Shown here in pieces: positions 38,638 to 48,393 of a stretch of DNA of 55,589 nt; the stretch's first letter is position 1, and every line of letters begins with the position of its first letter. A program made the translations under genes and the position numbers. The notes under the pieces were generated by a model. The model saw only the letters and a list, made by a program, of their open reading frames with translations, did no database searches and was not told where the DNA came from. The stretch is from a plasmid: sequence record NZ_CP025692.1. One strand, written 5' to 3'.

Positions 38638-39075
38638 TTACTCCTTCGTTGTTTGAAAACAAAATTGATTGCGATAGGTTAAGATGGCATCGGCAATGCG
38701 AGGAATGTCGTGTGCGGTGCCACGTAGCTCAAAATCGGTAATGTAAGGAAAATCGAAGCGTTTAGCATATTGTTTAGCCGTGAGTGCAAACTGCTTATTA
38801 AAATTACGATTACCGCTACCGATAATACCGTAGCAATGCTGGTAATTGCCTTCGTACGCGAGGTAATCTCCCAAAATAGTGGTTAATATTTCAGTATAAC
38901 CGTTATTAACCCCATTACCACCTTTAAGAAAGGCTGGTAGGAAGGTAACAAACGGCTGGTCAAGAGTGGTGAATTCAGGGTGTTCTTTAACATTAATTGA
39001 ACTAACCCGAACATGACGTTCTTTCTCAAAGTATGTTGTCAGTCTGCTAATAAAATATTTCGTGTTGCCACTCAA
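38638..39075 (-). CDS. nrdI: NrdI flavodoxin-like protein (true start probably upstream of the annotated TTG)
   Basis: ...LSGNTKYFISRL FMN-binding loop. The conserved first beta-strand (INILYIS) is encoded in frame upstream, with no ATG/GTG/TTG in between. Confidence 0.8.
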   Translation of the reverse strand: MSGNTKYFISRLTTYFEKERHVRVSSINVKEHPEFTTLDQPFVTFLPAFLKGGNGVNNGYTEILTTILGDYLAYEGNYQHCYGIIGSGNRNFNKQFALTAKQYAKRFDFPYITDFELRGTAHDIPRIADAILTYRNQFCFQTTKE

Positions 39076-39124
39076 ACTGATGTAGAGAATATTTATGGTT
39101 TCCGTAACTAATCATCGTCCTTTT

Positions 39125-39170
39125 TCTATATATAGTGGTTAGGCAATTATAATAGCACTATATGTGGTGT
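39125..39170 (-). promoter_or_regulatory. two NrdR-box-like palindromes flanking the -10 TATAAT of the nrd operon promoter
   Basis: CTATATATAGTGG (39125-39138) and GCACTATATGTGGTGT (39155-39170). On the minus strand they bracket a TATAAT. Confidence 0.5.
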
Positions 39171-39534
39171 CTATGCAAATTGGTGGACGATCTGATTGAT
39201 CTACAAATTGTGTTGAATATAAAGATTCATGCGAGGTGGCTAAAATGGGCCCACCGTTGGTATTTTAAGCTGCACTAAGAGACGATAAACGGGACTTTTA
39301 ATGAATGGAAGCAAGCTCCCAGGACCCAGCTCACAGTTTGCACCAAAGGCCTTGTTATCAATTGAGAAGAGCACACTGTACGGTTCATGATCAAAAAATA
39401 TTTTACAATCTACCAAGTGACTTTGTTTTTAAAAATAAAATTTGAAAAGCTTTCATTTTCTTATTTACTTTTAATATTAACCGTGATAATATTCTATATA
39501 ATTCATGAAAAGAGGAATGAAAATGACCAATTCA

Positions 39535-39594
39535 ACATTTAAATTGAACACCATTATTACCCGCGTAATTATTATTATTTAATGCGCGGGCGAA
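39535..39594 (+). CDS. 19-aa Ile-rich leader peptide MTNSTFKLNTIITRVIIII
   Basis: RBS AAAGAGGAA. Six Ile codons plus one Val. The peptide overlaps the first hairpin of the attenuator. Confidence 0.55.
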
Positions 39595-39681
39595 TTGATG
39601 TGCCCGCAAGCAAGCGGGCAGAATTGGTTATTTAACACCAAGGACTGTCTTAAGGTCCTTGGTGTTTTTTTATTTTTAAGG
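39572..39681 (+). terminator. transcription attenuator: alternative hairpins plus intrinsic terminator upstream of the transporter operon
   Basis: Mutually exclusive stems CCCGCG/CGCGGG, GCGGGC/GCCCGC and GCCCGC/GCGGGC, then the terminator AACACCAAGGACTGTCTTAAGGTCCTTGGTGTTTTTTT. Confidence 0.5.
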
Positions 39682-39764
39682 AAGTGACAAACTTCCCTTA
39701 ATTATGAATGAGACTGCAATTATTGGTAGAATTTACTTGTTTTGATTGAATAGGAGTGGAGCAA

Positions 39765-41090
39765 ATGGAAGAAACATCAAATACATATTCTTTAACAGAA
39801 GCAAAAGTTGCCAAAATGGAACGAGATCCAGTTAAAACTGTCATTATGGCATCTATGATTGGAACCGCAATTGAATTTTTTGACTTTTATGCATACGGTA
39901 CTGCCGCAGCAACATATTTTCCAAACGTCTTTTTCCCATCAGTAACCCCAACAATCGCAATGATCCTTAGTTTACTGACATTCGGAGTTGCGTTTGTAGC
40001 TCGCCCTCTAGGGTCGCTATTATTTGGTCACTTTGGCGATAAGTTAGGTCGTAAGCGGGCATTAGTTGTCTCATTGCTGATGATGGGGCTATCTACCGTT
40101 GTCATTGGTTTTCTTCCCGGTTATAGAACTTTGGGAATGACTGCAATTTTACTTCTATGTTTAGCAAGATTTACTCAGGGCATTGGTCTTGGTGGTGAAT
40201 GGTCAGGGGCCGTTTTAGTTGCCACTGAGAACGCTCCAAAGGGTAAGCGGGCACTATTTGGTTCGTTTACTGAACTGGGTGCTCCAATTGGATTCTTTTT
40301 GAGTAACGGTTTATACGTTATTTTGGAAACCGTATTGACCAAGTCACAGATGGTAGAATTTGGTTGGCGGGTACCATTCGTTGCCTCAGCTGTTCTGGTT
40401 GTCTTCGGACTTTGGGTGAGAAGAAAGATGCAAGAAACTCCATTATTCCGATTGGCTCAAAAACGGGATAACGTCAAAAAAGCACCATTGGCACAGGTAT
40501 TCACTAAGAGCTGGAAACAAATCCTCCAAGGAACATTTATTATGGCTGTTTCCTACACGTTCTTCTTTCTACTTTCAACTTGGTCATTGAGTTATGGAAC
40601 TGCCGTGCTTGGATTTGATAGCCGTGAATTCTTGATGTTATTGATGGGATCAATCGTTGTATTTGCCGGAATGATTGTTTATTCGTCAATTTTGTCAGAC
40701 CGATTTGGCCGCAGAACAGTATTGCTTGCAGGAACTGCAGCCATCTTCGTATTCTCGTTTGTATTTCCATTCTTTTTCCAAGGACACCAAAACGTTGTTG
40801 GAACTTTATTCTTCTTGTTGGTTGGTTTCTTAGCAATGGGAGTTATCTATGGTCCAGTTGGTGCAATGCTGCCTGAACTCTTCCCAACAAGTACAAGGTA
40901 TTCAGGTGCTGGAATTGCTTACAATATGTCCGCTATCGTTGGTGCTGCTTTTGCCCCAACTATTGCATCTTGGTTAGTTGGACAATGGGGGATCCACGCA
41001 GTTGGTTACTACCTTGCATTTATGAGTTTGGTCTCAATCGTTGCTTTACTTTTGACAAAGGAAACCAAATCAGTGGATTACACTAAGTAA
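39765..41090 (+). CDS. MFS transporter of the metabolite:H+ symporter (MHS) family, KgtP (alpha-ketoglutarate permease)-like
   Basis: GWRVPFVASAVLVVFGLWVRR resembles the KgtP/ProP central motif. 12 TMS. ATG at 39765 after TAGGAG. Confidence 0.8.
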   Translation: MEETSNTYSLTEAKVAKMERDPVKTVIMASMIGTAIEFFDFYAYGTAAATYFPNVFFPSVTPTIAMILSLLTFGVAFVARPLGSLLFGHFGDKLGRKRALVVSLLMMGLSTVVIGFLPGYRTLGMTAILLLCLARFTQGIGLGGEWSGAVLVATENAPKGKRALFGSFTELGAPIGFFLSNGLYVILETVLTKSQMVEFGWRVPFVASAVLVVFGLWVRRKMQETPLFRLAQKRDNVKKAPLAQVFTKSWKQILQGTFIMAVSYTFFFLLSTWSLSYGTAVLGFDSREFLMLLMGSIVVFAGMIVYSSILSDRFGRRTVLLAGTAAIFVFSFVFPFFFQGHQNVVGTLFFLLVGFLAMGVIYGPVGAMLPELFPTSTRYSGAGIAYNMSAIVGAAFAPTIASWLVGQWGIHAVGYYLAFMSLVSIVALLLTKETKSVDYTK

Positions 41091-41280
41091 ATATAATTGA
41101 AGAAACGCAATCAAGCAATTTCGGCCTTAAAGGAGGTGGCGGAAATGTCAGATAGCGACATTTCAGGCATTATCAATATTGTGAAAAGTAAAATTAGAAA
41201 ATGGACGTGTCAGTTGTAGTTACAAAGTTAGAATAAGATTTTCATGGTAACGGCAACTGGCCATAATGGAGGGAAAAATT

Positions 41281-42090
41281 ATGACTAATCAAAACGTTAC
41301 CTTAAATACACAACAAAAATCATTTGCCCAAGCACTGTTTAATGCTTATCAAACTAAGCAGCCACTAAAAAGAGCAGACTGGGAAGGGGTTGTAACCGAT
41401 GATGAAACGGCCTATGCGGTTCAAGATTGCGTTGCCCAGTTAAAGCAGTTACCAACCGGCGGCTACAAAGTTTCGCTGACTAGCCAGCAAACTCAGGATA
41501 TGTTTGATGCTGATAGCCCACTGTATGGACAACAAGTTGATTCACACTTTTTACCATCACCAGCGGTCTTATCATTAAAGCGGCAAACAATGGCTCCGTT
41601 ATTAGAAGTTGAATTAGGCTTTCGCGCAACGGAAGACTTATTACCAAGCGATAGTTTAGATGATCTTCGTCATAAGACCACCGTTTGTGGAACCTTGGAG
41701 CTCCCTGACTGTCGGTTTGCTGACTGGTTCCCCGACCTAAATAAATACTGTGTTATGAGTGATTGTGCAGTTGGCGGTTACGTCGTGTATGGCAGTGAGC
41801 GGCCAGCAGATGAAGTATTCTCAACTGTTGATGATGCTGCCAACGTAAGTGCGACTCTCTATCATGATGGACAAAAAGAAGCGACAGGGCAGTCTAGTGA
41901 AGTCCTTGGTAATCCCTTTAAGTCTTTGCAATGGCTAGTCGGTAAACTTGCTGCCCAGGGTAAACGGTTCCGAGCGGGACAGCTAGTTTCATCTGGTACC
42001 TTTCTCTTACCTCCACATTTAACAGCAGGCAAGTGGGAAGCTAAGTTTGACCACGGGTTCGGTGATGTGGTTGTTAATGTCAATGATTAA
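41281..42090 (+). CDS. 2-keto-4-pentenoate hydratase / 4-oxalocrotonate decarboxylase family protein (MhpD-like)
   Basis: AYAVQ...GGYKVSLTS...SPLYG pattern. GGAGGG RBS with ATG at 41281. Confidence 0.55.
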   Translation: MTNQNVTLNTQQKSFAQALFNAYQTKQPLKRADWEGVVTDDETAYAVQDCVAQLKQLPTGGYKVSLTSQQTQDMFDADSPLYGQQVDSHFLPSPAVLSLKRQTMAPLLEVELGFRATEDLLPSDSLDDLRHKTTVCGTLELPDCRFADWFPDLNKYCVMSDCAVGGYVVYGSERPADEVFSTVDDAANVSATLYHDGQKEATGQSSEVLGNPFKSLQWLVGKLAAQGKRFRAGQLVSSGTFLLPPHLTAGKWEAKFDHGFGDVVVNVND

Positions 42091-42122
42091 TTAGCGGGGT
42101 CAATCAGAAAGGAAGTCTTATT

Positions 42123-43067
42123 ATGACTAGGAAAGTAGCAGTTATTGGAATGGGACATGTCGGGGCAACCGTTGCTCATTACCTCGTTGCTTGTGGATTT
42201 ACGGATGATTTAGCACTGTATGACACGAACGAAGCAAAGGTTCGCGCTGATGCGCTTGATTTAAGAGATGCAATGGCAAACCTGCCTTATCATACTAATT
42301 TGACCGTTAACGATGATTCACAATTGGCTGATTGTGATGTGGTGGTTTCGACCCTTGGTAAATCGAAGCTAGTTGATACGCCTGATCATGATCGTTTTGC
42401 AGAATTTAAATTTACCCGTACCCAAGTCCCGTTAGTAGCAAAAAAACTGGTTGATAATGGCTTTCATGGTAAGCTAGTCGACGTAACTAATCCATGTGAT
42501 GTTATTACCTCCATGTATCAAAAACTGACGGGGCTCCCTAAAGAACACGTGCTGGGGACGGGAACCCTGCTAGATTCAGCTCGGATGCGGGCTTGCGTTG
42601 GCGAAGCCTTAAATGTAGATTCCCGATCGGTAGTTGGCTTTAATCTTGGTGAACATGGTAACTCTCAGTTTACCGCCTGGTCGACAGTTCGCGTTTTGGG
42701 CAAGCAGGTGGTTGATCTGGCTAAAGAACGGCATGTGAATTTAGCTGATGTCGAAGAACGTTCGCGACAAGGCGGTTATATGGTTTATAAGGGCAAAAAA
42801 TATACCAATTATGGGGTAGCAACAGCGGCGGTTCGTCTGACTAACGCCTTATTGAGTGATGCCCGAACAGAAATGCCAGTGTCTAATTACCGCGAAGAAT
42901 ATGGCACTTACCTTTCGTACCCGGCAGTAGTTGGCCGCGATGGAGTAGTTGCACAATTGCAGCTCGACTTAACAGCCACTGAACAGGAAAAGTTAGCAAC
43001 TTCAGCTAAGTACATTAAAGACCGGGTTAAGGCTGAAGAACAACGAGCAGCCTCAAATGGCAACTAA
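42123..43067 (+). CDS. L-2-hydroxyacid dehydrogenase of the LDH/MDH family (HicDH/Ldh-like)
   Basis: VIGMGHVGATVA Rossmann loop and catalytic GEHG. 314 aa. Confidence 0.8.
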   Translation: MTRKVAVIGMGHVGATVAHYLVACGFTDDLALYDTNEAKVRADALDLRDAMANLPYHTNLTVNDDSQLADCDVVVSTLGKSKLVDTPDHDRFAEFKFTRTQVPLVAKKLVDNGFHGKLVDVTNPCDVITSMYQKLTGLPKEHVLGTGTLLDSARMRACVGEALNVDSRSVVGFNLGEHGNSQFTAWSTVRVLGKQVVDLAKERHVNLADVEERSRQGGYMVYKGKKYTNYGVATAAVRLTNALLSDARTEMPVSNYREEYGTYLSYPAVVGRDGVVAQLQLDLTATEQEKLATSAKYIKDRVKAEEQRAASNGN

Positions 43068-43152
43068 TGCTATTAAATAACCGCTAGAAGCTGGCCTAAT
43101 TGTCAATTTCTAGCGGTTTTTGTATTATATGTTAATCCTTAAAATAATTAAG

Positions 43153-43202
43153 GAGAGCGTAAAATATCTTGTGTAAATGCATAAAAGATATTTTACGCTC
43201 TC
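43153..43202. repeat. 50-nt perfect hairpin (18-bp stem). Its left half recurs at 47517-47544
   Basis: GAGAGCGTAAAATATCTT-gtgtaaatgcataa-AAGATATTTTACGCTCTC. Confidence 0.6.
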
Positions 43203-43487
43203 AAAATTTTATAATGAAGGGAAACTAAGACTTATAATTAGCATAGAGTGACTAACTCTTTATCAAAATACCCACAAAGGGCCTGCTCAACTAACAATTG
43301 AGCGGGCCTCTTGTAGTTCATATCGAACCCTATCACAACTAATATTATATAGAAAGCTAGTATAATTTAATGCCTCCAATTTCAAAATGAATATTTCTCA
43401 AGACTACTTAAACCAAGCAGTAATCTTTTTAGTAAGCGATTATTTAAGTATTCATGTTTAGGCTAATTTAAGCCATCTTAAATAAAT

Positions 43488-44057
43488 TTAGAAGCTATCT
43501 TTTTCAATTAACTTAAACCGACGCTGCTGCGTGCGTTTACTAATCCCCGTCTTTCGTTCAATCATCTTATAAGTCATGCCTTGTTTTCGCAACTCATAAG
43601 CAAATCTGATCTGTTCATCAGAATACGTTTTCGGTCGCCCTTCCCGAAACAACGGATCATGTTGCTTGGCATACAATTTACCTTCTTGTGTGCGCGTGAC
43701 AATCATATCGCGTTCAAACTGCGCAAAGGCGCTAAATATTGTAAAGACTAATTGGCCAGTCGGCGTATTGTCAATTAAGCCCATATTCAAAATGTTGACT
43801 TTGACATTTTCCTTAAACAACTCTTGGATAATGGCTAATGCCTCGCGCGTGTTCCGCGCAAACCGATCCAACTTAGTGACAATCAAAGTATCGCCTGTTT
43901 TTAGAACGCGCAACAGTTTTTGAAACTCCGGTCGTTCAGTAGTTGTGCCAGTAAACTTTTCCTGAAAGATTTTTTCTGCTCCTGCCAATTTTAGTAACTC
44001 AATTTGATTTGCTAATTTCTGATCAGTGGTACTGACCCGCGCATAGCCATATTTCAT
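43488..44057 (-). CDS. serine recombinase (Hin/resolvase family)
   Basis: [14 protein letters not shown]-terminus, C-terminal HTH, 189 aa. Confidence 0.85.
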   Translation of the reverse strand: MKYGYARVSTTDQKLANQIELLKLAGAEKIFQEKFTGTTTERPEFQKLLRVLKTGDTLIVTKLDRFARNTREALAIIQELFKENVKVNILNMGLIDNTPTGQLVFTIFSAFAQFERDMIVTRTQEGKLYAKQHDPLFREGRPKTYSDEQIRFAYELRKQGMTYKMIERKTGISKRTQQRRFKLIEKDSF

Positions 44058-44432
44058 CTTTTTATCTCCTTACTTATGTCATTAAGTAATGACACGGTTC
44101 TAACCCTTTAATTATACAGTATCAAAAAAGAGGCCACAACTGTTAAGTTGTGACCTGACTTGTTCTATCTAAACACTTTACTCATTATATATTCAAGACG
44201 TCCAAAAAATTGCATCTAATATATCTAAGCCCTTTAACGGGGAGACACTTTGATACTTGCAGCGCTCGATTAATTACTTGGGTATACAAAATAATTATTG
44301 TCACGAGCCAAAAATAATCTTAATGTTTAAATTTGCTTCAATTCAATAAAAGACCGGCCTGCTCAAGCCCAAGGGTTTTAACAGACCGATCTTTATTTAC
44401 ATTAAGGCATCTTTACTTACTTTGAAAAACTT

Positions 44433-44870
44433 TTAATTTATCTTAGCCAGTTGTTGTGACAAAGCTTCCACTTGTTTAGTCAACTTCTCCAGATTGTGAC
44501 TCTGGTCGAAAGTTTTTAAGTTCGCTTGCACTTGCCGAACACCTTCCTGGACCCTTTCTTGGCCATTAACAGTCAAAGATAGCCAAACAATTCGTCGATC
44601 ATTTGGATTCACTTGTGATTGAATTAAATTATCTTGAATCAATCGCCAAGTATTCCTGGAAATTAGTGTGCGCGTAACCATGAACGCATCAGCTAATTCA
44701 CTAGCAGTAGCTTGTCCGTGTTGTTCAAGATAGACTAATATTTCCCACTCACGCATTGAGAACCCAGTTGTGGCCAGCCCTTGCACTAACATCTGGTATG
44801 CCTGTTTCTGAATAGCTTGCAGGGTTGCTAAGCTCTCAAACTGGTTCTTAATTTGCTGCTGATTTAGCAT
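44433..44870 (-). CDS. MarR-family transcriptional regulator
   Basis: 145 aa with a winged-HTH core (ELADAFMVTRTLISRN). Confidence 0.8.
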   Translation of the reverse strand: MLNQQQIKNQFESLATLQAIQKQAYQMLVQGLATTGFSMREWEILVYLEQHGQATASELADAFMVTRTLISRNTWRLIQDNLIQSQVNPNDRRIVWLSLTVNGQERVQEGVRQVQANLKTFDQSHNLEKLTKQVEALSQQLAKIN

Positions 44871-44881
44871 ATAATATCATC

Positions 44882-45064
44882 CTATTCTTTGCGCTGCCGC
44901 TTAGCCATTCCGAAGAGTCCTAACAAACTACTCATGGCTAATAGTAATAAACCACTCAGTGTCATGTGTCGTTGATCAGTTTCATCAGTTTGAGGCAACC
45001 ATTGATCTACAAAATTAGTAGCCTCTGTTTGACCAGCCTGAACCGGCTTAGCAGCATCGTTGAT
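44882..45064 (-). pseudogene. 3' fragment of an LPXTG cell-wall-anchored protein gene
   Basis: ...VDQWLPQTDETDQRHMTLSGLLLLAMSSLLGLFGMAKRQRKE*: LPQTD sorting motif, TMS, basic tail. The frame is closed upstream at 45065. Confidence 0.65.
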
Positions 45065-45067
45065 TGG

Positions 45068-45186
45068 CTCGGGTTAATAGAAACTCTAAAATCTGTCGAT
45101 AAACTATTTATAATTCTTATTATAATAAATTGATTCAAACTCATTATGAACGTTAGAAATATTATTAATATGCATTGAAGGTTAAT
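45068..45186 (-). pseudogene. 5' fragment of an MFS gene paralogous to 51393-52559
   Basis: About 115 bp near-identical to 52443-52552 (the N-terminal coding region of the MFS gene). Confidence 0.7.
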
Positions 45187-45199
45187 TTTACAATCTACC
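45182..45199. mobile_element. isolated 18-bp fragment of the ISLpl1-type IS30 terminal IR
   Basis: TTAATTTTACAATCTACC. Confidence 0.6.
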
Positions 45200-45253
45200 T
45201 AAAACTAAATATAATTTTTCTAACTTAGTTGTTGCACTTAAACTACTGCATAC

Positions 45254-47290
45254 TCATTTTTCAGTCTTACTTAATCTGCCTCGATGATAAATTTTCTTTT
45301 GGATTAAGTATTGATCCTGATCTTGAGTAATAAATAATGGAGAACTTTCTTCTATGACATTGCTAAACTCCAAACCATACCATGAAATAGGTGAGGCCGT
45401 AATTTTCTGCAAGTAGATGCGCCCGCCAATCAATCTTCTATCTAACGAGCTTAACTTATCATTGGCAATTAAATCTGCTGGTTGTTCCTTTATAATAACA
45501 AACTTAAAGTCGCCGACTTTCCGTTGTCGCTCTGTTGAATACGTGGGTATTTGTGGTTCTAAAATACCTTGTTCCACTAGATGATTTACAATTTGATGTA
45601 AATAGACACTAACGGATTGAGATTTCTTAAACCCTAAGTAAAATTGAACGTTAACAACATTATGCGTCTCAAGTAAATCAACTGTATAATTACTTTCATA
45701 AGGTGCATTGGTTTCATTGACTGTAACAAACCAATAAACTTTAGCTCTTTTAGGTTGTCTGTCGAGAATAGAATACATGGTACTACGCTTAATTTGGTAA
45801 TCACCCTTAATTTTAGTCATATACACTAAGTTAGTCGTGAACAAAGGTACTGTATTGTCTGCGCTTAATTTAGAGAGTTGATCACGATAGTCAAGAAGTG
45901 AAACATACTCGCTTTCTTTCTCATAATGTTCTCTTCGTTTATTTCCAAAGTACCAAAGCCACATAATATAAAGAATGCCCAACATGATTGTTAACGTAAC
46001 ATAACCGCCATGAATAAACTTAACCAAACTTGAAATTAGAAAGATTAACTCAATAAAACCAAAAAACAAGGCAATTATAAGTGCTGTTCCCTTAGCCAGG
46101 TGTTTCTTTAAGAATTCATGCAAAAGCACAGTAGTCATAAGCATGGTAATAGTGATCGCTAAACCATACGCGGCCTCCATTTTTTGTGAACTACCAAAGA
46201 ACCAGACTACACTAATTGTTATTATACATAGTATCCAGTTAACAGTTGCAATATAAATTTGATTTTTTATATTACTTGGATGTCTAATAACCATTCTAGG
46301 TAAAAATTTTAAGCCAATTGCTTCATCGGCTAAAGTGTAAGAACCCGTAATCAACGCTTGAGAGGCAATAATTGCAGCGAGTGTGGCTAGCACAATGCCA
46401 ACTAGGCGCCAAGTTCCGGGGAGCATTTCATAAAAGGGATTTAAGTTCGATAAGTTCCTGTAAGCAGTATCACCTGCATGTCTAATTATCCAAGCACCCT
46501 GACCTAAGTAATTTAAAAATAGGGTACTATATACTAGTGGCCATGTTACATAAATATTCTGCTTGCCAACGTGACCCATATCGGAATATAAAGCCTCTGC
46601 TCCTGTGGTTGCCAAAAAGATACTTCCAAGTATAAAGATTCCCACTTTGTTAACTGGACTGAATAGTATCCTAATTGCATAATAAGGAGAAATAGCCTTC
46701 AATATCATTGGATAATTGATTAGATTAACGATTCCAAAGACAGCCAAAAAGCCAAACCATAAAATCATCACTGGTCCAAAGGATTTCCCAATCACACCTG
46801 TTCCAAAACGTTGAATCATAAATAATACGAGTAGAACAACTGTTGTGATAATCAAGACGTTATGTTGAGAATTACTAAACACCACAGGGCCAAGGTGTTG
46901 TTTTTTTAATCCCTCAATGGCTGAAGTCACAGTTACTGCAGGAGTTAATGTTCCATCGGCCAAAATGGCCGCCCCACCAATCAAGGCTGGCCAAATTAAC
47001 CATTTTGAATTTTTTCGAACCAATGCATATAAAGCAAAAATTCCACCCTCACGCTTATTATCGGCTTGCATTGCAATGACAACATACTTCAACGTTGTAA
47101 TGATCATTAATGTCCAAAAAATCAACGAGATCGATCCAATCACGTAATTGGGAGAAATATTTCCCATTTTACCGGCGTCACCAATCAATGCATTCATAAC
47201 ATACAATGGTGAAGTGCCAATATCACCGTACACAATTCCTAAAGTAACAAGTGCCCCCGCAAAAGAAATACGTTCTAGTTGCTTATTCAT
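45254..47290 (-). CDS. kup: KUP/HAK/KT-family potassium transporter
   Basis: ...[13 protein letters not shown]... signature, 678 aa. Confidence 0.9.
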   Translation of the reverse strand: MNKQLERISFAGALVTLGIVYGDIGTSPLYVMNALIGDAGKMGNISPNYVIGSISLIFWTLMIITTLKYVVIAMQADNKREGGIFALYALVRKNSKWLIWPALIGGAAILADGTLTPAVTVTSAIEGLKKQHLGPVVFSNSQHNVLIITTVVLLVLFMIQRFGTGVIGKSFGPVMILWFGFLAVFGIVNLINYPMILKAISPYYAIRILFSPVNKVGIFILGSIFLATTGAEALYSDMGHVGKQNIYVTWPLVYSTLFLNYLGQGAWIIRHAGDTAYRNLSNLNPFYEMLPGTWRLVGIVLATLAAIIASQALITGSYTLADEAIGLKFLPRMVIRHPSNIKNQIYIATVNWILCIITISVVWFFGSSQKMEAAYGLAITITMLMTTVLLHEFLKKHLAKGTALIIALFFGFIELIFLISSLVKFIHGGYVTLTIMLGILYIMWLWYFGNKRREHYEKESEYVSLLDYRDQLSKLSADNTVPLFTTNLVYMTKIKGDYQIKRSTMYSILDRQPKRAKVYWFVTVNETNAPYESNYTVDLLETHNVVNVQFYLGFKKSQSVSVYLHQIVNHLVEQGILEPQIPTYSTERQRKVGDFKFVIIKEQPADLIANDKLSSLDRRLIGGRIYLQKITASPISWYGLEFSNVIEESSPLFITQDQDQYLIQKKIYHRGRLSKTEK

Positions 47291-47543
47291 ATTTGCTTGC
47301 CCCCAACGCTAATTATTGAAATATAGCACTGCAAAATAGTAAGCCTAAACACGAAGAAAAGCAACTATGCCATATACATCATAATGAAATCACTTTAAAG
47401 AAGCTCATAATTTACGATATACTGATTGAAACCATAAATTATGGGCATTCTATTCTTAACTATCTAGTTGAACCATCTGATAACCGACTCCAATATGTGG
47501 TAGCGTCAAGAATCTTGGAGAGCGTAAAATATCTTGTGTAAAT

Positions 47544-47558
47544 GGTAGATTGTAAAAT
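47544..47558. mobile_element. isolated IS30 IR fragment abutting a half copy of the 43153 hairpin repeat
   Basis: GGTAGATTGTAAAAT follows directly after GGAGAGCGTAAAATATCTTGTGTAAATG (47517-47544). Confidence 0.5.
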
Positions 47559-48393
47559 AGCGCTGCCAATACCGATTAACTAGCTATAAAATCAATAACG
47601 ACAATGATTAAGCGGGGAAACTAATGATGAAAATTAGCCACTTTATCCGATAAAAGTGATCACTTTTGGTCGATTTATGAAAAGTCAACGAGGATTATCG
47701 ATAATTTTAAGTACTTAACTAGTGAATTTTGACGGGTTAATTTGTCGGGAAGTCTGATTACAGTGACACTTAACTAGTCATTTTATTGCTTGGAGACGTG
47801 GCACTGACTAATTATTTTTCGGTAAAGCAGATAATTGATAGAAGTTGCGCATCGTGTAGTCAATTGTGGTCGGTTAACGAAGGCGTCGATTAATTAAGTA
47901 TTACTTATAGTAGGTTTATGCCAAAAGTAGCCCATGACGATCGCTACTAAAACGTTACTGGGTTAGTATTACGCCATAGCTGAATGGTATGTGGTTGTCG
48001 TTGTGGACTAGTCGTCAAACTGTCGGGAGTTCGGGACTGTACTTAGTCAGGAAATTAGTTGGATTTTCTCCGTTAAGGTTGGTGAATTGTTAAATAAAAA
48101 CATGTGGTATTTTGGTTGGGAGAGTGGGTCGTCGATTGGGGGAGACAACTAGCAGGTCTGGATCGTGTCCGTCTTAAAGCGGTTGCTAGAATAAGCATAT
48201 CGCATATCTAAATAACGGGTTGTCAGCATGCTCTAAGGCCCATTATAAAGTCACTTAGCAACTGAGTAACTTTGTAATGGGTATTGGTGGGGGGACACAC
48301 GTGCTTCAGCACGGACTTAATAGTAGAAAAAAAGATTGCGAATCAGAAATGATCCGCAATCTTTGCATTTATTTATTAATTTAAAGTGGCTTT

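Noticed and set aside
47291-47560. Possible c-di-AMP (ydaO-type) riboswitch upstream of kup
   Set aside because: I could not recognise the conserved ydaO helices or ACGGGG-type motifs by eye. It is left unsupported pending a covariance-model scan.
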